Shown here: positions 1 through 8,642 of the stretch, in pieces
How positions within the stretch are numbered: the stretch's first letter is position 1
Layout of the letters: each line of letters opens with the position of its first letter
Assembly: GCA_963720755.1 (NCBI GenBank)
Contig: CAVRGP010000011.1
Span: 128,001 to 192,000, forward strand
Source: an uncultured Chloroflexia bacterium
GTDB taxonomy: Bacteria; Chloroflexota; Limnocylindria; Limnocylindrales; CSP1-4
Direction: 5' to 3'
Length of the DNA: 64,000 bases
The notes under the pieces: model-generated
What the model saw: only the letters and a program-made list of their open reading frames with translations
Database searches by the model: none
Told to the model about the DNA's origin: nothing
Program-made: the position numbers and the translations under genes

Positions 1-1481
1 GAGGAGGCGACCGCGGACGCCAGGGATAGTGCGACCGTTTCGCTGACCATCCTGGTTCGCCGCCACCAGGCGAATGCGCAGACGGCCATTGCCGCAGCGA
101 GGCCCATCGCCAGGTCGAGCGGCGGCTGGAGTTCGATCGTCGCGAAGGGCAAATTCGCGGCCAGTTCGACGATGGTCACGAGGATCCTCAGGATCACCCA
201 CCCGGGTGCCGCCGCGATCGCACCGACGATGGCCGGAGCGCCGCCGAGCACCGTGAGACCGCCACCGAGCGCCACGAGCCCGACCGCCATTGCCGGAGCC
301 ACGAGCGGGACGACGACGAGGTTCACGATCGGCGACAGGACGGCCAGGCGCCCGAACGAGACGAGGATGATCGGGAGCGTCGCCGCCTGGGCCGCCAAGG
401 ACACCCCGAGGTTCTCGGTGAGCCAGGCCGGCAGCCGGCCACCCCCGGCACATTCCAGCCAGGTGGTGATCGGGGATGCCCAGAGGATGAGTCCCGCGGT
501 GGCCAGGGAGGAGAGCTGGAAGCCGGCATCGCCGATCAGACCCGGATCGACCAGCAGGAGCAGGAAGACGGCCCAACCCAGCGCGGCAGCCGCTCGCCCC
601 GCCCGGCCGGACTCGCGGGCCAGGAGGACGACGCCCGCCATCAGTCCGGCCCGGACGACCGACGCCGATCCGCCGGCGAACGCGACATAGGCGACGATCG
701 CTGCGAGGGTCACCACGGAGCGGCGCCTACGTCCGAGCCGGCCGGTCATTGCCGCGACCGCCGCCGCGACGATCGCGATGTTCCAGCCGGAGATGGCCAC
801 GACGTGACTGACGCCGGCCGTGGTGAACGCGGCCGCGAGGTCTCGATCCACCCGGTCGCGCAGGCCGATGAGGATCCCGGCCGCGAGACCGGCCTCCGGT
901 TCCGGGAGGACTTCGGCGAGGGCCTCGGCCGCGTCGCGCCGGAGACTCTCCAGCCGGCGGCCCGGGTCAATCTCGCTCGGGAGGATCGTCAAGGTCCGCG
1001 ACGACAAGGTGCCGACGGCCCCGATCCGGAGGAGATACGCGCCGTACGGCGAATCCGGTCTGGCCCGGATCGATCCATCGACCGAGACGTGGTCGCCGGG
1101 AACGACGATCGGATAGCGGGGCAGCGTCGCCGCCACGCCGAACACCCGTCCGTCATCGACCCGGGCGACCAGGGTCGCGGTCTGGTTCCCGTCCCGGGGT
1201 GAGCCGGTCGATTCGACGACGAACTGCCACGGACCGTCGCCGGCGGGTGGGTCGTCGAGCGAGGCGGCGCTGACCGGGAGCAGCGTCACCCGGAGGACGA
1301 TGAGGCCGGCCCCGACGACGATCGGGAGGAGGCTCCGAGCTTGGCGGGGACGGAGCTCGCGGATGACCAGCACGACTGCAAGGCAGAGCGCTGCCCCGGC
1401 CCCAAGTTGATTCGGGGCGATCTGCCCGGCGAGGAGTGCTGCGAGGACGGCACCGAGCGACAGGCGGCCGCTGCGACCCAC
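1..1481 (-). CDS. comEC: ComEC/Rec2 competence DNA-uptake channel (runs off left edge)
   Basis: Minus-strand translation gives AFTTAGVSHVVAISGWNIAIV (~770-830), the ComEC hallmark, in frame with a GTG at 1481 just downstream of comEA. Not in the ORF track because there is no stop in the window. Confidence 0.9.
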   Translation of the reverse strand, partial: MGRSGRLSLGAVLAALLAGQIAPNQLGAGAALCLAVVLVIRELRPRQARSLLPIVVGAGLIVLRVTLLPVSAASLDDPPAGDGPWQFVVESTGSPRDGNQTATLVARVDDGRVFGVAATLPRYPIVVPGDHVSVDGSIRARPDSPYGAYLLRIGAVGTLSSRTLTILPSEIDPGRRLESLRRDAAEALAEVLPEPEAGLAAGILIGLRDRVDRDLAAAFTTAGVSHVVAISGWNIAIVAAAVAAMTGRLGRRRRSVVTLAAIVAYVAFAGGSASVVRAGLMAGVVLLARESGRAGRAAAALGWAVFLLLLVDPGLIGDAGFQLSSLATAGLILWASPITTWLECAGGGRLPAWLTENLGVSLAAQAATLPIILVSFGRLAVLSPIVNLVVVPLVAPAMAVGLVALGGGLTVLGGAPAIVGAIAAAPGWVILRILVTIVELAANLPFATIELQPPLDLAMGLAAAMAVCAFAWWRRTRMVSETVALSLASAVAS

Positions 1482-1482
1482 G

Positions 1483-2211
1483 TCAGCGGACCGCCACGAG
1501 GTCCTTCAAACCGTCGAATGTCTTCTGCCCGACCAGCCCGCGGGTCCGGAGGTCGTCGACGGCGATGAACGACTGCGCGTTCCGCGAGGCCAGGATCTTC
1601 GCGGCTGTCACGGGGCCGATCCCGGGGAGCGTGTCGAGCTCCGCCTCGGTCGCATGATTCAGGTCGATCGGCCCAGTCGTCGACGGATCGCCGGCGGTGC
1701 CGGGCCCGCTTGCCGGGAGGGTGCCGGTATCCGGCGGATCGTCGCGGGATGGCACCCGGATCTGGTCGCCATCGTGGAGCGGTGCGGCCAGATTGAGTTG
1801 GCGCGTCGCCCGATCCGTATCGACCCTCGGACCGTATCCTCCGGCGGCCGCCACCAGGTCACCGATCCGCGCGTCCGTCGCGACGCGGTAGACGCCCGGG
1901 TGGTCCACCGCACCGACGATCTCGACGATCAAGACCGAGACATCGCCGGCCGCGGGCAACCCACCTGCCACAGGTCCGGATCCAGACGTCACCGGTCCCA
2001 GCGGCGCCGCGCCATCCACGACCACGTCGCCCGAGGTGCCGGCACCGAGCGCCACCACGATGGCCGCGATCGCCAGGATCGCGGCCAACCCGGCCGTCAG
2101 GACGGCCGAGCGAGGAACCGCGCCGATCCCGCCCGGGGCCGGGGCCGGTTCGGATGCCTTGGGTCCGGGCGCATCCTCAAGGACGCGCCACGGTGTCGCG
2201 CTCGGGTCCAC
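1483..2211 (-). CDS. comEA: ComEA DNA receptor (TM + SLBB + HhH)
   Basis: VEIVGAVDHPGVY...LNLAAPLHDGDQIRVP and IDLNHATEAELDTLPGIGPVTAAKI motifs; immediately upstream of comEC. Confidence 0.93.
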   Translation of the reverse strand: MDPSATPWRVLEDAPGPKASEPAPAPGGIGAVPRSAVLTAGLAAILAIAAIVVALGAGTSGDVVVDGAAPLGPVTSGSGPVAGGLPAAGDVSVLIVEIVGAVDHPGVYRVATDARIGDLVAAAGGYGPRVDTDRATRQLNLAAPLHDGDQIRVPSRDDPPDTGTLPASGPGTAGDPSTTGPIDLNHATEAELDTLPGIGPVTAAKILASRNAQSFIAVDDLRTRGLVGQKTFDGLKDLVAVR

Positions 2212-2265
2212 GCATCGATCTCCCTCGGCGGGATGGTCGTGCGATCAAGTGTCCGAATCGATGGA

Positions 2266-2354
2266 CGTCTCGCCGCGATGGGGGCACTTCCGACGCGGCG
2301 AGACGTCTGACCTGACTCTAGCCAGTGCCCGTTAGCTGCGACTTATCGACACCG
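2266..2354. repeat. Island-border element copy 1: palindromic hairpin + GTTAGCTGCGACTTA box
   Basis: The 42 bp CGTCTCGCCGCG-ATGGGGGCACTTCCGA-CGCGGCGAGACGTC is identical to 6953-6994; 23 bp later GTTAGCTGCGACTTATCGACACCG. Confidence 0.9.
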
Positions 2355-2443
2355 ACCGACGCGACTTGGGAGCCGTCGACAGGGGTATCATCGCGACCGC
2401 GCGCACCTCCCTAATTGCCCGGAGATATCGAGAGGATCTCAGT

Positions 2444-2487
2444 AATGCCGGTGGCTACCCGATTGAATGCCGGTGGCTACCCGATTG
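2444..2487. repeat. 22 bp tandem duplication x2
   Basis: AATGCCGGTGGCTACCCGATTG at 2444-2465 and 2466-2487, spanning the stop codon of the 2477-2803 ORF. Confidence 0.9.
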
Positions 2488-2803
2488 GCTGCCACACCAC
2501 CCAAAACAAAACGACGGCCACATATGTGGCAAGCACCCCGACGCCGCACAAGACGACGCCAACAACGACTCCTTCGATCACCTCGCTAGGCGTCGCGGCT
2601 CGAATTCGTATCAACCCGATGCTTAGGGCGACCGTCACTAGCACGCCAAGCCATAGGGCCGGGGACGTGAGCCACGGGATGTAGTCCCAGGCCCCGGCAA
2701 CGATCGCGACGATTCCGCCTATAGCCACCGGCAGGCTGAGCAGAATGTCCCGTGCGATCCTACGTGAGGTAGGTTTGTCGACGCCGCGGTCGATGGTCGT
2801 CAT
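2477..2803 (-). CDS. Small hypothetical membrane protein (3 TM)
   Basis: 108 aa with three hydrophobic stretches; last gene of a tightly packed minus-strand operon. Confidence 0.7.
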   Translation of the reverse strand: MTTIDRGVDKPTSRRIARDILLSLPVAIGGIVAIVAGAWDYIPWLTSPALWLGVLVTVALSIGLIRIRAATPSEVIEGVVVGVVLCGVGVLATYVAVVLFWVVWQPIG

Positions 2804-2818
2804 CGCAACCCCAAATAC

Positions 2819-3214
2819 TCATGACGGTGGGTCTCCGGTCTCCTGACCTCGCACGGTCCCGTCGCATGCTGGGAGAGGTTCGGCAGGCGGCTTGCTGTCA
2901 GAGTAGATAGCACCCTCGTTGGTCACCATTTCATAGGCCGGATCGACGCGAGACGGATCGGAACCCCCACCTCCGTGGCGGGCAATGAACCGACCTAAAT
3001 CGTCAACGATGTCGTAACGATTGAGGACGAATTTGGTCGCCTCGGCGTGTCCACACGCAGGCACGTCCAAATTCTCATTTCTACCAACAACCGCTATTGC
3101 GGTTTCCGTTCGATTCCAAACTTCCAGTTTGCCGACATAGGTCGGTTCGATCGAGCATGCCCCAACGACGCCCAGCAGCACACTAAGGACGCCGAGCGCC
3201 ATTGAGGGTTTCAT
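2819..3214 (-). CDS. Hypothetical lipoprotein
   Basis: MKPSMALGVLSVLLGVVGAC lipobox; ATG overlaps the upstream stop (ATGA). Confidence 0.7.
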   Translation of the reverse strand: MKPSMALGVLSVLLGVVGACSIEPTYVGKLEVWNRTETAIAVVGRNENLDVPACGHAEATKFVLNRYDIVDDLGRFIARHGGGGSDPSRVDPAYEMVTNEGAIYSDSKPPAEPLPACDGTVRGQETGDPPS

Positions 3215-3588
3215 GGCCGTGTGTCCATGCCACTTAGGTCGACATCGGGATAGATATTCGGGTATCCATCCTGGTACACGCAGACAACGTGTTGAAATGT
3301 TGCTCCCGTTCGAAACCAAGTGTAGTCGCCGCGAAAGACGACTACCAATGCTGGCTGATCGTTCTGGAGCTCAGGGGCACCAAATGCGGCTGGAAAATGT
3401 CTCCAGAAGTTCTTAGCTCGATCCAAGTCGAACGTAGCCAGGACCTGGTTCCCGCGCGTGCTGGCGCCGCATTCGGCAACGCGCGGGTCATCCGATAGAT
3501 CCGTCCCAGCCTGGGATACGCCAATCGCTACGAAGAGACCAGCACAAGCGAGGCCCACTGCGGCACTCGCGATTCCTTTGGCTTTCAT
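3211..3588 (-). CDS. Hypothetical secreted protein
   Basis: Signal-peptide-like MKAKGIASAAVGLACAGLFVAIGVSQA; start overlaps the upstream stop (TGATG). Confidence 0.7.
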   Translation of the reverse strand: MKAKGIASAAVGLACAGLFVAIGVSQAGTDLSDDPRVAECGASTRGNQVLATFDLDRAKNFWRHFPAAFGAPELQNDQPALVVVFRGDYTWFRTGATFQHVVCVYQDGYPNIYPDVDLSGMDTRP

Positions 3589-4298
3589 CACTGCACCGTC
3601 CACGTTTCCACGGAATCACCGGTTCCATTGCACTTGTATTTCGACGCGTTGCCGCCATCGTTGATGTTGCAGCTGTTGTTGCTCACGGACGTCCAGCCTC
3701 CGCCGTTGGAGTTCTGGTACTGCATGTGGCGGATCAGATAGTGAGAGCCTGCGTTTCCGCCATTGGAATCCCCGTCGTTCCAGGTTTCCGTGAACCACGT
3801 AGCACTCGCGGGTGTCCAAGAACAGCTCGTGTACGAATACGGGATGGAGATCTTGGCATTCCCCTTCCAGGAAAGAATCCAGTTCGCGCCGACCCTGGAC
3901 ACTTTGGCATCACCGGATGATCCATCCCACGTGGAAATCTCCTGCGGAAACGGAAGGTGTGCCAAACATGTGACGCCGTTGGCCTCCCTGCCCCAGGCGA
4001 AGAGAAGCTTCTTGTTGCCATCGCACTCGCCACTGAGTGGCTTCCGACAGCGCCCGAGACCAATCTGAACGATGCTGCTTGCGCCATTACCACCTTGGAT
4101 ATTCGACCAGGCGAATGAGCCGGCTACGGTGGTCGGAGTCGGATTGGTACAGATCGTGAGCGATCCGGATGCAAACCTGAGGGGACCCGTTGGGCGGGCG
4201 ATGTCAATCGCACGATTTCTCGCAATGGACCCGATCGGAATTCGAACGCTCGCCAGCAGGCGATTCGCCGCTGCAGCTGAATCACGAAGACACTCCAA
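3588..4298 (-). CDS. Putative G1 (eqolisin)-like glutamic peptidase; start uncertain
   Basis: SFAWSNIQGG...SIVQIG and SATWFTETW resemble the G1 motifs SAWVGIDG...LQTG and AEWIVE (catalytic Q/E). Cys-rich, lower GC than the backbone. Confidence 0.45.
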   Translation of the reverse strand: MECLRDSAAAANRLLASVRIPIGSIARNRAIDIARPTGPLRFASGSLTICTNPTPTTVAGSFAWSNIQGGNGASSIVQIGLGRCRKPLSGECDGNKKLLFAWGREANGVTCLAHLPFPQEISTWDGSSGDAKVSRVGANWILSWKGNAKISIPYSYTSCSWTPASATWFTETWNDGDSNGGNAGSHYLIRHMQYQNSNGGGWTSVSNNSCNINDGGNASKYKCNGTGDSVETWTVQ

Positions 4299-4343
4299 GA
4301 CCTAAGGGCTTTGATCTCAACCCAACCGAGGAGCATCGGACGC

Positions 4344-4493
4344 TAAGCGAATGGCTCACCTTCCTCTCGACGTTTCCGGCGATGGACGGCTGAAACACTA
4401 GGCTGGCGCACTTATCTGTCACTTACCTCCGCCGGATCGTTGGTGAGTGTGCAGCGATCGCCGGACTCACCGACGCGTGGGTTATGCGGCGAG
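4344..4493. other. Intergenic structured element: TAAG...TTA-N8-TTA followed by a hairpin
   Basis: TTATCTGTCACTTA at 4412-4425; 11 bp stem CGTTGGTGAGT/ACTCACCGACG with a 16 nt loop at 4438-4475. Confidence 0.45.
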
Positions 4494-4669
4494 TGGTTGC
4501 GGTGTCCGTTGGCAGCCCTTGATCCTTGTGGCGGACATGCCCCGGGGCCCGCCCAGGGTCGCGTTTCGGACGTAGCGCGGAGGATGGCGCTGATCTACGA
4601 GCCGAGCGCCACAGCGGCTGCCGTACGACCGTCTTCCGCATGGAGAATCGATCCTAGCCAGGGGCAACT

Positions 4670-5683
4670 GTGAAGATCACCGGCCTTATGTCGATCGCGT
4701 TGCTGGTAGGCGCATGCGCGGCACCGACGTTGACAACAGAGCCATCGTCACCCGCGATTGCGCCCTCAGCTTCTCCGATGCCCACGGAGTCGCCACAAGC
4801 CTCGGAGCCAGCATCGGCGAACCCGGAGCTCGCGTCCGGGTCGCCGAGTCCGTTGACGTCGAGCCCGGCCCCAAGCCCGACAATGGATGCCTCTCCATCA
4901 CCGACATCGTCACCCACCGTCACGCCGACGCCGTCGTCCGACGCCCGTTTCGTGGAGATTGCACTCGCGTACGCGTCGCGCGCCGGGTTCGAGCTGGCCG
5001 CCGATTCGCGGCCGAGGGTCCGCGAAGAGCAACCCTCCTATGAGCGGGTGACGCTGCACCGGGTGTCGCTGCGTCTCGCTCGCGCCGACGGCGCCAAACT
5101 CTGGGTCTACCTCGACGACGACGGCGCGATCAAGGTCGTCGAGGACGGCCTCTATGACCGACCGACGGGTGCGACCGCGTCGCGGACGGAGGTCCTCCGA
5201 GCGGCCCGTCGCGATCTGCGACAGATCGGCGTCGACCCGGCGAGCGGCACGCTGCACGTCGCCTTGCACGGCGCTGGTCACTGGTACCTGACGTTCGATC
5301 GTGAGCTCGCTGGCTACCCCGTGGCCAACGCACCGATGGCGTGGTGGATCACCGGCGACAAGGCGTATCTCGAACTGCGGTCCGATGCCTCGCTCGTCAA
5401 CCTGTACGCGATCCGGCCCAGGCACCTGCCGGTCCCAGCGATCCTCGACCAGGACACGCTCACCAGTCGGCTGGCCAAGGTAGCCAAGGTCTCGCGCGCC
5501 ACGCTCGCGACCTACGAACCGGTCCTGCTTTGGGCCCTCGTGCCATCAGGAACCCTCACGCCGACGGAGCTCGCGCTGACTCTCAACTACTGCGCCACGA
5601 TGCGGACCGACTACAGCTGGCAGGTCTGGTGCATCGACGCGGGTACTGGTGAGCGGACCATCGCCGGTGGTGCGGCCGACTAA
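4670..5683 (+). CDS. Hypothetical lipoprotein with Ser/Pro/Thr linker
   Basis: MKITGLMSIALLVGAC lipobox, S/P/T-rich linker, then a globular domain. Confidence 0.8.
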   Translation: MKITGLMSIALLVGACAAPTLTTEPSSPAIAPSASPMPTESPQASEPASANPELASGSPSPLTSSPAPSPTMDASPSPTSSPTVTPTPSSDARFVEIALAYASRAGFELAADSRPRVREEQPSYERVTLHRVSLRLARADGAKLWVYLDDDGAIKVVEDGLYDRPTGATASRTEVLRAARRDLRQIGVDPASGTLHVALHGAGHWYLTFDRELAGYPVANAPMAWWITGDKAYLELRSDASLVNLYAIRPRHLPVPAILDQDTLTSRLAKVAKVSRATLATYEPVLLWALVPSGTLTPTELALTLNYCATMRTDYSWQVWCIDAGTGERTIAGGAAD

Positions 5684-5794
5684 CCGCAACGTTTGCCGGG
5701 GAGCACCCTGGGTGGTCGACCTGAGATCGTCCCTCCGGGCGCGGAGCGCGACCCGATGACCCGAGGGTAGGAACCTCTGCTTACGCGGCGCTTA
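5681..5794. other. 114 bp imperfect palindrome (attC-like) bounded by the TAA stops of two convergent genes
   Basis: Left arm TAACCGCAACGTTTGCCGGGGAGCACCCTGGGTGGTCG versus reverse complement of right arm TAAGCGCCGCGTAAGCAGAGGTTCCTACCCTCGGGTCATCG; right end is TTA-N8-TTA (5781-5794). Confidence 0.55.
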
Positions 5795-6673
5795 CTTGTG
5801 CCGCTCCTCGCCCGAGGTGAGGCGCACGATCAACGCGCCGACGACATGCACGATGAGCCAGGCGTCTTCGCGCTTGGCCTCCGTCGCGTGGTGGGCATCG
5901 CCCATCTCACTTCGGTCAGCGGCCACCCACTGCATCGTCTTCTCGATGGCATCAACGAGCGGGGTGTCGTGGGCGCCCAATAGGCCCTTCTTCTTTGCCG
6001 ATCGCGTGAGATCGCCGAGTTGGTTGCCGTCGCATCCGAGCGCTTCGAGAACCTCTTGAAGGGTGGAGCCTGCGTCCGTGATCGCGTCGGCGGCCTTGCC
6101 TTGCGCGAGTTCATCGAGCGCCTCGCGGTACTGCTTGTCCGCCTTGGCAAACTCCGGACGGTGGAGGAGGCGAAGCGCCGGTTCGATCGCCGCGACGTGC
6201 AACTCCTTGGAGTGGATCTCGACCATGCGCCCGTCGATCACCTCCCACCCGACACGCTCCTGCGCGAGGATGTCGTTGATCTCCTTCGACAGCGCCTCTG
6301 CCCAGCGGAACGGATACGAGCGGTATGACTGCTGGGCTTCGGTGTTGTCACCTGCCTCGACCGCCCCAAGGAGCGCCTCGATGACGGTCGGAAACATGTC
6401 GTCCGGACATTGCTGGAAGTAACGGAAGAAGTCGTCAGCGGGCTTCGTGGCGCCGGGAACCAGCGCGAACTTTCCCTCCTGCTCAACGATCCGCCGCCGC
6501 GCCTCCGCGAAGATGGCGGTCGGCGTGACGTACATGGCGCCACCGACGATCCGCTGGTAGACGTGCAGGATGCGGGTACGGGCACGCTCCGAGAACGCCG
6601 GGGTCCAGAGCGACTCGCCAGCAGCCTCGCGTTCGGCGAACTCTTGAAGTCGTTTCCTGAGGGAGTGCAGCAC
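5792..6673 (-). CDS. Abortive-infection (AbiJ-N / Abi_C HEPN-like) defence protein
   Basis: C-terminal DAITDAGSTLQEVL...ADRSEMGDAHH...EDAWLIVHVVGALIVRL fits the Abi_C pattern (R-x-H); N-terminal INDILAQERVGWEV is AbiJ-NTD-like. Confidence 0.6.
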   Translation of the reverse strand: MLHSLRKRLQEFAEREAAGESLWTPAFSERARTRILHVYQRIVGGAMYVTPTAIFAEARRRIVEQEGKFALVPGATKPADDFFRYFQQCPDDMFPTVIEALLGAVEAGDNTEAQQSYRSYPFRWAEALSKEINDILAQERVGWEVIDGRMVEIHSKELHVAAIEPALRLLHRPEFAKADKQYREALDELAQGKAADAITDAGSTLQEVLEALGCDGNQLGDLTRSAKKKGLLGAHDTPLVDAIEKTMQWVAADRSEMGDAHHATEAKREDAWLIVHVVGALIVRLTSGEERHK

Positions 6674-6952
6674 CCAATGAGTCTACCGATCCGTCATCAC
6701 CATCAGCGTTGTCGCTGACCCGTCCAGCGCGGTCGCTGCGCGTCGCTGACGATCGATCCGACCACAGACAGGGGAACGTCAGAGCAACCGCCTTGTGACC
6801 GATCGTCTGGGTCGATGAAACGGAGAGGACGCGGGCAGGAGGCAACCCGCCGTCAGCGTCGTCTGGTTGTCGCCGGTCTTCACCAGCGCCAGTTCCTTCC
6901 ACAGGGGGTAACGCTGGCCCGTAAACGCGCGAGCGCGCGGACCGAGATCCAC

Positions 6953-7042
6953 CGTCTCGCCGCGATGGGGGCACTTCCGACGCGGCGAGACGTCACCGGA
7001 CGACTATGGAGGGAGCCTGTTAGCTGCGACTTAACGACGCCG
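6953..7042. repeat. Island-border element copy 2
   Basis: Same 42 bp hairpin as 2266-2307; 24 bp later GTTAGCTGCGACTTAACGACGCCG. Confidence 0.9.
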
Positions 7043-7068
7043 GACGTCGATGACGTGAACCTGCCCCG

Positions 7069-7875
7069 TCAGGGTGCCTGATCGATCGCATTCGCCGCGT
7101 CGAACCTGACCGTCTTGAGGACGGCTTCGAACAGGGCGCGGTCGACGTGGCCATCCATGATGAAGATGTAGCCGCGGCCGCCGGTCGCGACGGCTGCGTC
7201 GAAGATCACGCCTCCGGTCGCGACCGTCCCACCCTCAGCCGACAGGCCATCCTCATCGACATTGCCGGTCTGGTCGCCGATAGCGATCACGCGACCGCAC
7301 GCCGTCTTCGTCGTCCCCGACCGGCAGTACGGTGCCAGCCAGTCTGACGGGCTCTGGCCGCTGAGGGGTTGTGAGGCGATCGCCAGTGTGACCTCGGCAT
7401 TGCCGATCCTGTCGAGGCCCGGGTCGTCGGCCAGGATGTCGATGCCCGTCGTCCACGGCGCGGTCGCGGGGGTGAACGTCCAGTCGGACGGCACGGTCAC
7501 GCTGTAGCCGTGCCTCGATGACGTGATGACCTGGGTCAGCGCAGGGATCGGGATCGTCGTCGCCGCCGCAGATGGCGCGGTCGTCGGAGCGACAGATGCC
7601 GACGGTGTTGCCGCGGCCCCGCCAACGGCCGGCTGGCCGGGTCTGCCGAAGAAGAGCAGGGTGCCGCCGAACACCAGCACGCCGATGACGGCCGCTGTGG
7701 CGATGCGCGCGGGAGTGGTCATGGTGGGCAACCTCCACGGCACGCCAAAGGTGCGCCGTTGTCGAGTCAGGTGGACCTGGTCGACGGCCGCGTCGATGAC
7801 CCGATCCGATAGCTCCTCGGGGCCGTCGGCCAGCCAGGCCCGTACGATCCGGTCGAGATCTCGATCCGTGGTCAT
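7069..7875 (-). CDS. Putative anti-sigma factor (single TM, extracellular domain)
   Basis: MTTDRDLDRIVRAWLADGPEELSDRV N-terminus, a TM helix and a S/T/A linker; ATGA-coupled to the ECF sigma. Confidence 0.75.
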   Translation of the reverse strand: MTTDRDLDRIVRAWLADGPEELSDRVIDAAVDQVHLTRQRRTFGVPWRLPTMTTPARIATAAVIGVLVFGGTLLFFGRPGQPAVGGAAATPSASVAPTTAPSAAATTIPIPALTQVITSSRHGYSVTVPSDWTFTPATAPWTTGIDILADDPGLDRIGNAEVTLAIASQPLSGQSPSDWLAPYCRSGTTKTACGRVIAIGDQTGNVDEDGLSAEGGTVATGGVIFDAAVATGGRGYIFIMDGHVDRALFEAVLKTVRFDAANAIDQAP

Positions 7876-8423
7876 GCCAGACGCTCCATCGTGGTCACGA
7901 TCCGGGCATCGGCGTCGAGCGCCGCCCGGAGCGTTTTGGTGGTGTAGTGCATGCGAGACTTGACCGTGCCCAGGGGAACGCCGAGCTCGTCGGCGATCTC
8001 GGCCAGGGTCAGGCCCACGTAGTGGTGCAGCACAAAGATCGCGCTCTGCTCCGGCGACAGGCGTCGGAACGCCCGCTCGAGGCGGTCGCGATCGATGACG
8101 GTCGCGATGTCGTCGCGCCCTTCCGGCCCCTCGGTCGGCAGGATGCGGACATTGGCCGCCCAGGCACGACGTCGCCTCGCCTCCGCGTAGCACGCGTGGA
8201 CCAGGATGCGCCGCAGCCAGGCCTCGAACCGGTCGTCATCGCGCAGCATCGGCAGCTCACGCCAGGCCGTGACGAGGGTCTGCTGGACGGCGTCCTCGGC
8301 TCGGTCGACGTCGCGCAGGATCCTGTACGCGATCGCCATCAGCCGGTCGCCGACCGCGCGTGCGAGGTCGGCGAACGCTTCCTCATCCCCTCGTCGGGCC
8401 AGGTCCACGAGTGCTCGCTGCAC
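7872..8423 (-). CDS. ECF RNA polymerase sigma factor
   Basis: Region 2 AEDAVQQTLVTAWR...FEAWLRRI; region 4 EIADELGVPLGTVKSRMHY. Confidence 0.93.
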   Translation of the reverse strand: MQRALVDLARRGDEEAFADLARAVGDRLMAIAYRILRDVDRAEDAVQQTLVTAWRELPMLRDDDRFEAWLRRILVHACYAEARRRRAWAANVRILPTEGPEGRDDIATVIDRDRLERAFRRLSPEQSAIFVLHHYVGLTLAEIADELGVPLGTVKSRMHYTTKTLRAALDADARIVTTMERLA

Positions 8424-8642
8424 CCGGCCCTCCCTTCTACAAGCGTCCGACCTGGACGCATCAACCCTAATGAGTCATCGCGCCCGCCGATGGTTCGATC
8501 TTCGCTCGCTGCGGTCGTCGAACGAGAACCGGGCATCCGACCAGCGGCCCCGACTGGTTTCCGCGCCGTTGACCGTGAGATGGTGCAACTGCGAGCGCGC
8601 TCGGGATATCTTCAGGTCCACAGGGTCCAAAAGGGGAATGAA

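Noticed and set aside
2331-2354. Box as a chromosomal dif site
   Set aside because: The reverse complement GGTGTCGATAA resembles a XerC arm, but the XerD arm TTATGT(C/T)AA is missing.
2266-7042. Island as a canonical integron, IS or composite transposon
   Set aside because: No intI or transposase, no RYYYAAC...GTTRRRY pairs, and mixed gene orientation; kept only as a non-canonical hypothesis.
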